Source: Narcine bancroftii
Taxonomy: Eukaryota
DNA: 64,000 bases
Direction: 5' to 3'
NCBI RefSeq assembly: GCF_036971445.1
Contig: NC_091471.1
Span: 329,282,001 to 329,346,000 of the forward strand
The position numbers were made by a program, and so were the translations under genes. Of the stretch, positions 15,001 through 28,630 are shown piece by piece; position 1 is the stretch's first letter; each line of letters opens with the position of its first letter. The notes under the pieces were generated by a model. That model ran no database searches. It was not told the DNA's origin and worked only from the letters and a program-made list of their open reading frames with translations.

Positions 15001-18000
15001 GGGAGATATGGGAAAATGGGAAGGGAAATGGGGAAAGGGGGAGAAAGATGGGGAAAGGGGGCGAGAGAAAGAGAAAGGGGGTGAGAGATGGGGAAAGGGG
15101 AGAGAGATGGGGAAAGGGAAGAGAGATGGGGAAAGGGGAGCGAGATAGCGAAAGGGTAGAGAGATGGGGAAAGGGGAGAGAGATGGTGAAAGGGGAGAGA
15201 AATGGGGAAAGGGGGAGCGATATGGGAAAAGTGGGAGCAATATGGGGAAAGGGGGAGAGAGAAGGGGAAATGGAGAGAGATATGGGGAAAGGGGGACAGA
15301 GATAGGGAAATGGGGAGATAGATATCGGGAAATGGGGGAAAGGTCGGGGAGAGATAGACGAAAAAGGGGGAAATGGTGAAAGGGGAAAGAATGGTGTAAG
15401 GATGGAGAAAGGGGCAAAGAGGAGAGAGAGATGAGAAAAGGGACGAGATTTGGGAAAAGGGGAGAGAAATGGGGAAAGGGGAGCAAGAGATGCGGAAATG
15501 GGTATAGATAGGGGGGAAAGGGGAGAGAGATGGGGAAAGGGGAGAGAGATGGGGAAAGGGGAGAGATATGGGGAAAGGGGGAGAGAGATGGGGAAAGGAG
15601 GATATAGATGGGGAAATGGGGAGAGAAATGGGGAAAGGAGAGAGGGATGGGGAAACTGGGAGAGAAATGGGGAAATGGGGAGAGAGATGGGGAGAGAAAT
15701 GGTGAAGGGGAGAGATGAGAAAGGGAGAGAAAGGGGGGGGAGAGTGGTGGGGAAAGGGGCAGAGAGATGGGGAAAGGGGGAGAGAGATGGGGAAAGGGGG
15801 AGAGAGATGGGGAAAGGGGGAGAGTGATGGGGAAAGGTGGAGAGAGATGGGGAAAGGGGGAGAAATGGGGAAATGAGGGGAAAGAGTTGGGGGAAGGGGG
15901 AGAGAGATGAGGAAAGGGGGAGAGTGATGGGCAAAGGAGGAGAGAGAGGTGGAAAGGGGGAGAGAGATTTGGAAAGGGGGAGAGAGATGGGGAAAGTGGA
16001 GAGAGGGGAGAGAGATGCGAGAGAAGGAGAGAGATGAGGAAAGGGGGAGAGATGGGGAAAGGGTGAGAGATGGGGAAAGGGAGAGATGGGGAAAGAGAGA
16101 GATGGGGAAAGGAAGAGAGATGGGTAAAGGAGAGATATGGGAAAAGGGGGGGAGAGAGATGGGGATAGGGGAGAGAGATGGGGAAAGGGGACAGAGAATT
16201 GGGGAAAGGGGACAGAGAATTGGGGAAAGGGGAGAGGGATGGGGAAAGGAGAGCGAGAGATGTACAATGGGGAGCGAGAGAATCAGAAAGGGGTAGAGAG
16301 AGGGGCAAACGGGGAGAGAGATGGGGAAAGGGGGATAGAGATGGGGAAAGAGGAGAGAGAGATGGGGAAATAGAGAGATGGGGAAAGGGTAGAGATTTGG
16401 GAAAAGGGGAGAAAAAGGGGGAAATGGGAGAGAGATGGGGAAAAGAGAGCGAGAGTTGTGGAAAGTGGGAGAGATGGGAAAAGGGGAAGGGAAATGGGGA
16501 AAGGGGGAGAAAGATGGGGAAAGGGGGCAAGAGAAAGAGAAAAGGGGTGAGAGAAGGGGAAAGGGAGAGAGATGGGGAAAGGGGAGAGAGATGGGGAAAG
16601 GGGAGAGAGATGGTGAAAGGGGAGAGAAATGGGGAAAGGGGGAGCTATATGGGAAAAGAGGGAGCGATATGGGGAAAGGGGGAGAGAGAAGGGGAAATGG
16701 AGAGAGATATGGGGAAAGGGGGACAGAGATAGGGAAATGGAGAGATAGATATCGGGAAATGGGGAAAGGTCGGGGAGAGATAGACGAAAAAGGGGGAAAT
16801 GGTGAAAGGGGAAAGAATGGTGTAAGGATGGAGAGAGGGGCAAAGAGGAGAGAGAGATGAGAAAAGGGACGAGATTTGGGAAAAGGGGAGAGAAATGGGG
16901 AAAGGGGAGCAAGAGATGCGGAAATGGGTATAGATAGGGGGGAAAGGGGAGAGAGATGGGGAAAGGGGAGAGAGATGGGGAAAGGGGAGAGTGATGGGGA
17001 AAGGGGAGAGATATGGGGAAAGGGGGAGAGAGATGGGGAAAGGAGGAGATAGATGGGGAAATGGGGAGAGAAATGGGGAAAGGAGAGAGGGATGGGGCAA
17101 CTTGGAGAGAAATGGGGAAATGGGGAGAGAGATGGGGAGAGAAATGGTGAAGGGGAGAGATGAGAAAGGGAGAGAAAGGGGGGGGAGAGAGGTGGGGAAA
17201 GGGGCAGAGAGATGGGGAAAGGGGGAGAGAGATGGGGAAAGGGGGAGAGAGAAGGGGAAAGCTGGATAGAGATGGGGAAAGGGGGAGAGAGATGGGGAAA
17301 GGTGGAGAGAGATGGGGAAAGGGGGAGAGATGGGGAAATGAGGGGAAAGAGTTGGGGGAAGGGGGAGAGAGATGGGGAAAGGGGGATAGAGATGGGGAAA
17401 GAGGAGAGAGAGATGGGGAAATAGAGAGATGGGGAAAGGGTAGAGATTTGGGAAAAGGGAAGAAAAAGGGGGAAATGGGAGAGAGATGGGGAAAGGGGGA
17501 GAGATGGGGAAAGGGTGAGAGATGGGGAAAGGGATAGATGGGGAAAGAGAGAGATGGGGAAAGAGAGAGATGGGGAAAGGAAGAGAGATGGGTAAAGGAG
17601 AGATATGGGAAAAGGGGGGAGAGAGTTGGGGATAGGGGGAGAGAGATGGGGAAAGGGGAGAGAGATGGGGAAAGGGGGAGAGGGATGGGGAAAGGAGAGC
17701 GAGAGATGTACAAAGGGGAGTGATAGAATCAGAAAGGGGTAGAGAGAGGGGAAAACGGGGATAGAGATGGGGAAAGGGGGATAGAGATGGGGAAAGAGGA
17801 GAGAGAGATGGGGAAATAGAGTGATGGGGAAAGGGTAGAGATTTGGGAAAAGGGAAGAAAAAGGGGGAAATGGGAGAGAGATGGGGAGAAGAGAGCGAGA
17901 GTTGTGGAAAGTGGGAGAGATGGGAAAAGGGGAAGGGAAATGGGGAAAGGGGGAGAAAGATGGGGAAAGGGGGCGAGAGAAAGAGAAAAGGGGCGAGAGA

Positions 18001-21000
18001 AGGGGAAAGGGAGAGAGATGGGGAAAGGGGAGAGAGATGGGGAAAGGGGAGAGAGATAGCGAAAGGGTAGAGAGATGGGGAAAGGGGAGAGAGATGGTGA
18101 AAGGGGAGAGAAATGGGGAAAGGGGGAGCGATATGGGAAAAGTGGGAGCGATATGGGGAAAGGGGGAGAGAGAAGGGGAAATGGAGAGAGATATGGGGAA
18201 AGGGGGACAGAGATAGGGAAATGGAGAGATAGATATCGGGAAATGGGGAAAGGTCGGGGAGAGATAGACGAAAAAGGGGGAAATGGTGAAAGGGGAAAGA
18301 ATGGTGTAAGGATGGAGAGAGGGGCAAAGAGGAGAGAGAGATGAGAAAAGGGAAGAGATTTGGGAAAAGGGGAGAGAAATGGGGAAAGGGGAGCAAGAGA
18401 TGCGGAAATGGGTATAGATAGGGGGGAAAGGGGAGAAAGATGGGGAAAGGGGAGAGAGATGGGGAAAGGAGGAGATAGATGGGGAAATGGGGAGAGAAAT
18501 GGGGAAAGGAGAGAGAGATGGGGAAAGGGGGAAAGAAATGGGGAAATGGGGAGAGAGATGGGGAGAGAAATGATGAAGGGGAGAGATGAGAAAGGGAGAG
18601 AAAGGGGGGAGAGAGGTGGGGAAATGGGGAGAGATGGGGAAAGGGGGAGAGAGAAGGGGAAAGGTGGAGAGAGATGGGGAAAGGGGGAGAGATGGGGAAA
18701 TGAGGGGAAAGAGTTGGGGGAAGGGGAGAGAGATGGGGAAAGGGGGAGAGAGATGGGGAAATGGGGAGAGAGATGGGGAAATGGGGAGAGATATCGGAAA
18801 ATGGGGGAGAGTTGGGGAAGGGTAGAGAAATGAAAAAGAGGAAGAGAAATGGTGAAAGGGGAAAGAATGGGAGAAGGAAGGAGAGAGATGGGGAAAGAGG
18901 AGAGAGAGATGGAGAAAGCAAAGATATTTGGGAAAAGGGGAGACAGATGGGGAAAGGGGGAGAGAGATGGGGAAGGGGAGAGAGATGGGGAAGGGTGAGA
19001 GAGATGGGGAAAGGGGGAGAGAGATGGAGAAAGGGGAGAAAGAGTAGGAAAGGAGACAGAGTTGGTGAAAGAAGAGTGAGAGATGCAGAAAGGAGTAGAG
19101 AAAGGGGGAAGGGGGAGAGAGATGGGGAAAGGGGAGCGAGAGATGTACAAAGGGGAGCGTGAGAATCAGAAAGGGGTAGAGAGAGGGGGGAAAGGGGGAG
19201 AGATGGGGAAAGGGGAGAGAGTTGGGGAAAGTGGACAGAGAATTGGGGAAAGGGGGAGAGAGATGGGGAAGGGGTAAAGATGGGGAAAGGGGATAGATGG
19301 GGAAAGGCGGAGAGATGGAAAAGGGAGAGGGATGGGGAAAGCGGGAGAATGGGAAAAGGGGAGAGAGATGGGCAAAGGGGGAGAGTGATGGGCAAAGGAG
19401 GAGAGAGATGTGGAAAGGGGGAGAGAGATTGGGAAAGGTGGAGAGAGATGGGAAAGTGGAGAGAGGGGAGAGAATGCGAGAGAAGGAGACAGATGTGGAA
19501 AGGGGAGAGAGATGGGGAAAGGGGGAGAGATGGGGAAAGGGGGAGAGATGGGGAAAGGGTGAGAGATGGGGAAAGGGAGAGATGGGGAAAGAGAGAGATG
19601 GGGAAAGAGAGAGATGGGGAAAGGAAGAGAGATGGGGAAAGGAAGAGAGATGGGGAAAGGACGAGAGATGGGGAAAGGGGAGAGATATGGGGAAAGGGGG
19701 AGAGAGATGGGGAAAGGAGGAGATAGATGGGGAAATGGGGAGAGAAATGGGGAAAGGAAAGAGAGATGGGGAAAGGGGGAGAGAAATGGGGAAATGGGGA
19801 GAGAGATGGGGAAATGGGGAGAGAGATGGGGAGGGAAATGGTGAAGGGGAGAGATGAGAAAGGGAGAGAAAGGGGGGAGAGAGGTGGGGAAAGGGGCAGA
19901 GAGATGGGGAAAGGGGGAGAGAGATGGGGAAAGGGGGAGAGAGAAGGGGAAAGCTGGATAGAGATGGGGAAAGGGGGAGAGAGATGGGGAAAGGTGGAGA
20001 GAGATGGGGAAATGAGGGGAAAGAGTTGGGGGAAGGGGGAGAGAGATGGGGAAAGGGGGAGAGTGATGGGCAAAGGAGGAGAGAGATGTGGAAAGGGGGA
20101 GAGAGATTGGGAAAGGGGGAGAGAGATGGGGAAAGTGGAGAGAGGGGAGAGAGATGCGAGAGAAGGAGAGAGATGTGGAAAGGGGAGAGAGATGAGGAAA
20201 GGGGGAGAGATGGGGAAAGGGTGAGATGGGGAAAGGGAGAGATGGGGAAAGAGAGAGATGGGGAAAGGAAGAGAGATGGGTAAAGGAGAGATATGGGAAA
20301 AGGTGGGGAGAGAGATGGAGATAGGGGAGAGAGATGGGGAAAGGGGACAGAAATTGGGGAAAGGGGACAGAGAATTGGGGAAAGGGGAGAGGGATGGGGA
20401 AAGGAGAGCGAGAGATGTACAAAGGGGAGCGAGAGAATCAGAAAGGGGTAGAGAGAGGGGCAAACTGGGAGAGAGATGGGGAAAGGGGGATAGAGATGGG
20501 GAAAGAGGAGAGAGAGATGGGGAAATAGAGAGATGGGGAAAGGGTAGAGATTTGGGAAAAGGGGAGAAAAAGATGGAAATGGGAGAGAGATGGGGAAAAG
20601 AGAGCGAGAGTTGTGGAAAGTGGGAGAGATGTGAAAAGGGGAAGGGAAATGGGGAAAGGGGGAGAAAGATGGGGAAAGGGGGCGAGAGAAAGAGAAAGGG
20701 GGTGAGAGAAGGGGAAAGGGAGAGAGATAGCGAAAGGGGAGAGAGATGGGGAAAGGGGAGAGTGATGGTGAAAGGGGAGAGAAATGGGGAAAGGGGGAGC
20801 GATATGGGAAAAGTGGGAGCGATATGGGGAAAGGGGGAGAGAGAAGGGGAAATGGAGAGAGATATGGGGAAAGGGGGACAGAGATAGGGAAGTGGGGAGA
20901 TAGATATCGGGAAATGGGGGAAAGGTCGGGGAGAGATAGACGAAAAAGGGGGAAATGGTGAAAGGGGAAAGAATGGTGTAAGGATGGAGAAAGGGGCAAA

Positions 21001-24000
21001 GAGGAGAGAGAGATGAGAAAAGGGATGAGATTTGGGAAAAGGGGAGAGAAATGGGGAAAGGGGAGAGAGAATTGGGGAAAGGGGACAGAGAATTGGGGAA
21101 AGGGGGAGAGGGATGGGGAAAGGAGAGCGAGAGATGTACAAAGGGGAGCGAGAGCATCAGAAAGGGGTAGAGAGAGGGGCAAATGGGAGAGAGATGGGGA
21201 AAGGGGGATAGAGATGGGGAAAGGGGGATAGAGATGGGGAAAGAGGAGAGAAAGATGGGGAAATAGAGAGATGGGGAAAGGAAAGAGATTTGGGAAAAGG
21301 GGAGAAAAATGGGGAAATGGGAGAGAGATGGGGAAAGGGGGAGAGAGATGGGGAAAAGAGAGCGAGAGTTGTGGAATGTGGGAGAGATGGGAAAAGGGGA
21401 AGGGAAATGGGGAAACGGGGAGAAAGATGGGGAAAGGGGGCGAGAGAAAGAGAAAGGGGGTGAGAGAAGGGGAAAGGGGAGAGAGATGGGGAAAGGGGAG
21501 AGAGATGTGGAAAGGGGAGAGAGATAGCGAAAGGGTAGAGAGATGGGGAAAGGGGAGAGAGATGGTGAAAGGGGAGAGAAATGGGGAAAGGGGGAGCGAT
21601 ATGGGAAAAGTGGGAGCGATATGGGGAAAGGGGGAGAGAGAAGGGGAAATGGAGAGAGATATGGGGAAAGGGGGACAGAGATAGGGAAATGGGGAGATAG
21701 ATATCGGGAAATGGGGGAAAGGTCGGGGAGAGATAGACGAAAAAGGGGGAAATGGTGAAAGGGGAAAGAATGTGGTAAGGATGGAGAAAGGGGCAAAGAG
21801 GAGAGAGAGATGAGAAAAGGGACGAGATTTGGGAAAAGGGGAGAGAAATGGGGAAAGGGGAGCAAGAGATGCGGAAATGGGTATAGATAGGGGGGAAAGG
21901 GGAGAGAGATGGGGAAAGGGGAGAGAGATGGGGAAAGGGGAGAGATATGGGGAAAGGGGGAGAGAGATGGGGAAAGGAGGAGATAGATGGGGAAATGGGG
22001 AGAGAAATGGGGAAAGGAGAGAGAGATGGGGAAAGGGGGAGAGAAATGGGGAAATGGGGAGAGAGATGGGGAGAGAAATGGTGAAGGGGAGAGATGAGAA
22101 AGGGAGAGAAAGGGGGGGAGAGAGGTGGGGAAAGGGGCAGAGAGATGGGGAAAGGGGGAGAGAGATGTGGAAAGGGGGAGAGAGAAGGGGAAAGCTGGAT
22201 AGAGATGGGGAAAGGGGGAGAGAGATGGGGAAAGGTGGAGAGAGATGGGGAAAGGGGAAAGAGATGGGGAAATGAGGGGAAAGAGTTGGAGGAAGGGGGA
22301 GAGAGATGGGGAAAGGGGGAGAGTGATGGGCAAAGGAGGAGAGAGATGTGGAAAGGTGGAGAGAGATTGGGAAAGGGGAAGAGAGATGGGGAAAGTGGAG
22401 AGAGGGGAGAGAGATGCGAGAGAAGGAGAGAGATGTGGAAAGGGGAGAGAGATGAGGAAAGGGGGAGAGATGGGGAAAGGGTGAGAGTTGGGGAAAGGGA
22501 TAGATGGGGAAAGAGAGAGATGGGGAAAGGAAGAGAGATGGGTAAAGGAGAGATATGGGAAAAGGGGGGGAGAGAGATGGGGATAGGGGGAGAGAGATGG
22601 GGAAAGGGGAGAGAGATGGGGAAAGGGGGAGAGGGATCGGGTAAGGAGAGCGAGAGATGTACAAAGGGGAGAGATAGAATCAGAAAGGGGTAGAGAGAGG
22701 GGCAAACGGGGAGAGAGATGGGGAAAGGGGGATAGAGATGGGGAAAGAGGAGAGAGAGATGGGGAAATAGAGAGATGGGGAAAGGGTAGAGATTTGGGAA
22801 AAGGGAAGAAAAAGGGGGAAATGGGAGAGAGATGGGGAAAAGAGAGCGAGATTGTGGAAAGTGGGAGAGATGGGAAAAGGGGAAGGGAAATGGGGAAAGG
22901 GGGAGAAAGATGGGGAAAGGGGCCGAGAGAAAGAGAAAAAGGGTGAGAGAAGGGGAAAGGGAGAGAGATGGGGAAAGGGGAGAGAGATGGGGAAAGGGTA
23001 GAGAGATAGCGAAAGGGTAGAGAGATGAGGAAAGGGGAGAGAGATGGTGAAAGGGGAGAGAAATGGGGAAAGGGGGAGCGATATGGGAAAAGTGGGAGCG
23101 ATATGGGGAAAGGGGGAGAGAGAAGGGGAAATGGAGAGAGATATGGGGAAAGGGGGACAGAGATAGGGAAATGGAGAGATAGATATCGGGAAATGGGGAA
23201 AGGTCGGGGAGAGATAGACGAAAAAGGGGAAATGGTGAAAGGGGAAAGAATGGTGTAAGGATGGAGAGAGGGGCAAAGAGGAGAGAGAGATGAGAAAAGG
23301 GAAGAGATTTGGGAAAATTGGAGACAAATGGGGAAAGGGGAGCAAGTGATGCGGAAATGGTTATAGATAGGGGGGAAAGGGGAGAGAGATGGGGAAAGGG
23401 GAGAGATATGGGGAAAGGGGGAGAGAGATGGGGAAAGGAAGAGATAGATGGGGAAATGGGGAGAGAAATGGGGAAAGGAGAGAGAGATGGGGAAAGGGGG
23501 AAAGAAATGGGGAAATGGGAAGAGAGATTGAGAGAGAAATGGTGAAGGGGAGAGATGAGAAAGGGAGAGAAAGGGGGGAGAGAGGTGGGGAAAGGGGGAG
23601 AGAGATGGGGAAAGGGGGAGAGAGAAGGGGAAAGCTGGATAGAGATGGGGAAAGGGGAGAGAGATGGGGAAAGGGGAGAGAGATGGGGAAAGGTGGAGAG
23701 AGATGGGGAAAGGGGGGAGAGATGGGGAAAGAGTTGGGGGAAGGGGGAGAGAGATGGGGAAAGGGGGATAGAGATGGGGAAATGGGGATAGAGATGGGGA
23801 AATGGGGAGAGATATCGGAAAATGGGGGAGAGTTGGGGAAGGGTAGAGAAATAAAAAGAGGAAGAGAAATGGTGAAAGGGGAAAGAATGGGAGAAGGAAG
23901 GAGAGAGATGGGGAAAGAGGAGAGAGAGATGGAGAAAGCAAAGATATTTGGGAAAAGGGGAGACAGATGGGGAAAGGGGGAGAGAGATGAGGAAGGGGAG

Positions 24001-25423
24001 AGAGATGGGGAAGGGGGAGAGAGATGGGGAAAGGGGGAGAGAGATGGAGAAAGGGGAGAAAGAGTAGGAAAGGAGACAGAGTTGGTGAAAAAAGAGTGAG
24101 AGATGCAGAAAGGAGTAGAGAAAGGGGGAAGGGGGAGAGAGAAGGGGAAAGGGGAGCGAGAGATGTACAAAGGGGAGCGTGAGAATCAGAAAGGGGTAGA
24201 GAGAGGGGGGGAAAGGGGGAGAGATGGGGAAAGGGGAGAGAGATGGGGCAAGAGGAAAGAGAGATGTGCAAAGGGAAGAGATTTGGGAAAAGGAGAGAGA
24301 AGGGGGAAAGGGGAGAGAGATGGGGAAAGGGGGAGAGAGATAGGAAAAGGAGAGCGAGAGGTGGAAAGAGGGAGTGGCGGAAAAAGGGGAAGAGAGATGG
24401 GGAAAGGGGGAGTGGGATGGGGAAAGGGGATAGAGATGGGGAAAGGGGGAGAGAAGGGAAAGGGGAAGAGAGATGGGGAAAGGGGGAGAGAGATGGGGAA
24501 AGGGGAGAGAGATGGGGAAAGGGAGAGAGAGATGGGGAAAGCTGGAGAGAGATGGGGAATGGGGGAGAGAGATGGGGAAAGGGGGAGAGATGGGGAAATG
24601 GGGAGAGAGATGGGGAAAGGGGAAAGAGTTGGGGAAAGGGGGAGAGAGATGGGGAAAGGAGAGCGAGAGATGTACAAAGGGGAGCAAGAGAATCAGAAAG
24701 GGGTAGAGAGAGGGGGGAAAGGGGAGAGAGATGTGCAGAGGGAAGAGATTTGGGAAAAGGGGAGAGAAAGGGGGAAAGGGATGAGATTTGGGAAAAGGGG
24801 AGACAGATGGGGAAAGGGGGAGAGAGATGGGGAAGGGGGAGAGAGATGGGGAAGGGGAGAGAGATGGGGAAAGGGGGAGAGAGATGGGGAAATGGGGAGA
24901 GAGATGGGGAAAGGAGAGCAAGAGATGCGGAAAGGGGAGAGAGAGATGCGGAAAGGAGAGAGAGATGGGGAAGGTGGAGAGTGATGGGGAAAGGGGAAAG
25001 AGATGGGGAAAGAGATGGGGAAATGGGGAGAGAGATGGGGAAAGGGGTAGAGAGATGGGGAAAGGGGGAGAGAGATGGGGAAAGGGAGAGAGATGGGAAA
25101 TTGCAGAGAGAGATAACGGAAAATGGGGGAGAGGTGGGGAAGGAGAGAGATAGACGACAAAGGGGAAGAGAAATGGTGAAAGGGGAAAGAATGGGCAAAG
25201 GAAGAAGAGAGATGGGCAAAGAGGAGAGAGAGAGATGGGGAAAGCTGGAGAGAGATGGGGAAAGGGGGAGAGATGGGGAAATGGTGGAGAGAGATGGGAA
25301 AGGGAGAGAGAAATTGGGAAGGGGAGAGATGAGAAAGGGGAGAGAAAGGGGAAAGGGGGAGGGAGATGGGGAAAGGGGGAGAGAGATGGGGAAAGGGGAG
25401 AAAGATAGGGAAAGTGGGAGAGT
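1..25423 (+). repeat. Complex GA-rich (polypurine/polypyrimidine) satellite array, open at window start
   Basis: Core 17-20 bp units such as GGGGAAAGGGGGAGAGAGAT, interleaved with recurring cassettes (e.g. GAGCGAGAGATGTACAAAGGGGAGCGAGAGAATCAGAAAGGGGTAGAG). C is rare on the + strand. Kb-scale block duplications are visible: identical ORF translations at 361 and 3224, and at 438 and 3301 (offset 2863). Confidence 0.97.
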
Positions 25424-25571
25424 GGGGGCGTGGCAAGATGGCGTAGGGAACAGACGTGCCTTCCAGACCTCTCCTGACTCTGATTTATTGTTTTGTCTTT
25501 AAGTGCCTGTTAAAGCTCTTTTAAAAGTTTATAAATAATAAGAGGTGCTGGATCAGTGCCTATTGGTTTAT

Positions 25572-26966
25572 ATGCAAAAAAAAGGTAAAAGAAAACATCA
25601 ACAGACTGTTAAAAAACTACATTTTCCGAAATTGTCTGGGCCTGCTTGTTTATAAGAAGCCAGGACTCAGCGTAAAATGGATCCAGAAGAAGACGTACAG
25701 AATTCGGCATTGAAACTCTGTTTTATACCGATAAGGCTCTCTGAAGGTCGCATTCAGCAGCTTTCAGAACAAAGGGCTGGCCGGGTGCCAGTATTTCACA
25801 CAACGGCCACTGTGAGTGCTGTTACTGAGACTTTGAAAGTTGAATCAGCTGGGGCGCCACCAGCTGGAGAGTTAAAGAACTGTCATTCGACTGCTACAGT
25901 GGTGGCGCTGCAAAATGCATCTTCAATTACAACGGTTTTTCCAGACATCGATTCAGTGAAGATGATTAAAGAGATTTGGCTTAAAGATAATCCTGATCTT
26001 CAGTCTCCTGGCATTGCTGGGGGGACTTTGAGAGGGATTTTTATACGAAGTCAAACTGCTAGAAAAGATACTAAATTAAGGGAAGAGACAGAAGATTCCG
26101 TGGTCTCTAAGGAACAGCAAGACCGCATTATGCCTGAATCTACTTCTGTTGAAATGTTTGTTAAGGATCTTGAAGATAAGATGTATTCTGTATTGAGTCA
26201 CTTAGCTAATTTTGTGAACCCGTTTATTTCCAAGATTAATGCGATGGGGGAAGCCATTAATGGAGCTTTTAAGCTTGAAACCATTGAAAGATTTGAAATG
26301 TGAGATCAAGGTTTAGTCGATGCACAGGATCAACTGCAAGATGAAAATAGAATAATTGAAACATTGCAGATCCAAAATAAAAATTTAGCAAAAAAGGGTG
26401 ATTATTTGGAGAATCAATCTAGACGGAACAACGTGAAAATTGTTGGTTTGCCAGAAGGCATAGAAGGACCAGATCCAAGAAAATTTTTTACTGAATGGAT
26501 TCCACGAGTGTTAGGACAGGATAAATTCCCTGAAGGTTTAATACTGGAACGTGCTCATAGAGTTTTAAGAAGAAAATCTTTTTCAGGACAGAATCCAAGA
26601 CCTGTTCTGATCCGTTGTTTAAACTATTGTGACAGAGAGACAATTTTACGTACGGCTATTAGAAATGCCCAGCAAAATAGATCTCCTTTGATGGTTCAGA
26701 ATAATTCTGTTTTCTTCTATCAAGATTTGAGTCAAGAAATTATGTTTCAATGACGCGAATTTAATTCTGTGAAAGAACGGTTGTGGAAAAAAAGACATAA
26801 GGCAACATTCAGGTATTCTGCGGTACTGAAGATTTTTCAGGATGGAAATCAGCCAAAGTTCTTTGACAATCCTAAAGAGGTTATGGACTTTGCTCAGTCT
26901 CTATCAATCATGCAGTTTCAGGAACGATGTAGTCCTTTTAGGTCTCCAAAGAGAGTAGAGATGTAA
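25572..26966 (+). pseudogene. L1 ORF1 (coiled coil/RRM/CTD, transposase-22 family) with in-frame premature stops
   Basis: ORFs at 25677, 26364 and 26769 share one frame with ATG 25572. Motifs LENQSRRNNVKIVGLPEG, LERAHR, PRPVLIR and FYQDLS. Stops at ~25653 (TAA), 26301 and 26751 (TGA). Confidence 0.9.
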
Positions 26967-27414
26967 GGTGGGATCCAGATTTTTAAAAGAAATGGAAGCA
27001 ATGGTGACCGAAGTGGTAACGTTGATTTAAAAAAAATAAATCTTTTATCTTTTTTTTGAGAAGAGTTTAAATAGTTTAAATAATGATGATAGTTTAATGA
27101 AATGGGAGTTGGGAGAGGGAACTGGGTGGGCACTAGTTTCCAGAAGTCATCAGCTACCTGTGAGTTATCTCACACCCAATATTTTGGGGGAGTTACCGCT
27201 TTGTGCGGTTTAAACAGGAGGAGGTAGTCATGACCTCCGACCTGTTTTTTTTTCTTTTTAATTTTTGGGTTAAGAAGTGAAGGTTTTTAAAAATTTTTTT
27301 TTAATAAATAATTTTTTTTAACTCTTTTTGTTTTCTGATTGTAATTGAGAGGGAATTAGGAGGTTTTTTTTCTCTTTTTTGGGGGGGGGTTTCTCTTTTT
27401 TCTCTCTTTTTTAA

Positions 27415-27620
27415 GAGGATGATGTCACAGAAGATAATAAGTCAAAAATTGAGGATGTTGAATTAGATGAAGAGGAAGATGAGCGGAACAGTGATAAGAA
27501 GAAAAAGAAGAAAATCAAGTACAAATACATTGAGGGAGAAGAGTTTAATAAAATTAAGTTAATTTCGATAGAGAATTTTGAAGATGATATAAATGAAGAA
27601 TATGGAGAATTTTATGAGTT
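27415..27620 (+). pseudogene. HSP90AA1: Captured HSP90-alpha coding fragment (charged linker into middle domain) inside the L1 derivative
   Basis: Translation [67 protein letters not shown] aligns to the remembered HSP90AA1 sequence [59 protein letters not shown]. Confidence 0.85.
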
Positions 27621-27659
27621 TGAACTTTTTTTTCTTTTTTTATATAAGGGGAGGGGAAG

Positions 27660-27776
27660 GGAATAAAAAGTTTATCTGATTGTTTTTCCAAGGGATGTTT
27701 TTGTTCTCTTGATGAATTATAAAGGAAACTTGGTATTAATGGAAATTCTGTATTTATGTATTATTAATTATGATTT
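27660..27776 (+). pseudogene. Short L1 ORF2 C-terminal remnant
   Basis: [35 protein letters not shown] resembles GIKRIENCFSGNRLLSFEQMKDKYNITQDTVLAYYQL in ORF2 of the other L1 in this window (~60990-61100). Confidence 0.7.
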
Positions 27777-28147
27777 TTTGTATAACAGATATGTGGTTGA
27801 TATATGATTTTAATATTTGAACTTAGTTTTCAAGTGGATTTCATTTGTTAAATACATGTATTATGTTTGATTTAAATATATGTTTAAGGGTATTATTTTA
27901 GTATTGATTTTTTTTTGTTGTTAGTAATTTTTGTTGTTGTTAAGTTTTATCCTTTTTTTTTAAGTGGGGTTTTTTCTATTTTATTTACAACATTGTTAAT
28001 TAATTCCTCACTCTTTATTTTGAGGGGGGAGGGTTGGACTAATTTTAAATTAGACGATTAATGTTGTGTCATAATTATTGGGGGGGGTTAATTTGTGTAG
28101 TTTAATGATGTAGTATTCTAATTTTTATTATCTTATTTTTTATTATT

Positions 28148-28630
28148 TTTTTCTTTCTTTCTTTTCCAATCTTTTTATTATTATTATAATTTATAAACAC
28201 ATACAGTTCAAAGAGATATGAAAAATACATAGTAAATAATGAATTAATACAGAGATATTAAACAATAATATTGCAGAATAAAAATATATCATAAAAAAAT
28301 TTAGATCAGTTTAGAGTATGAACTATCTCTAAAAAAAGATATAAGTAATAAAAATATAAAAAAAAGAGAGAAAAAAAAACCCCAAAAAGGAAGAAAAAAC
28401 AAATCTGAATTAAAAACTTAAAAAAAAAACTTTTGGAAAGTTTAAAAATGATTGGGAAAGAGAACTCAACATTCATATTTCCAATGAAAATTGGAATAAA
28501 ATTCTGCGACTGGTAAACTCCTCTTCTCTATGTGCAAAACATTCACTGATACAGTTTAAAGTTGTTCATAGAGCTCATATGTCTAAAGATAAACTCCATT
28601 GCTTTTATTTTCATATCGATCCGATATGAT
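28148..28630 (-). mobile_element. Nested 5'-truncated, 5'-inverted L1 insertion
   Basis: A minus-strand L1 3' end (reverse complement AATAAAAAGATTGGAAAAGAAAG..., ~28148-28430) is joined to a plus-strand ORF2 piece at 28432-28628 (FKNDWERELNIHISNENWNKILRLVNSSSLCAKHSLIQFKVVHRAHMSKDKL). Confidence 0.7.
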
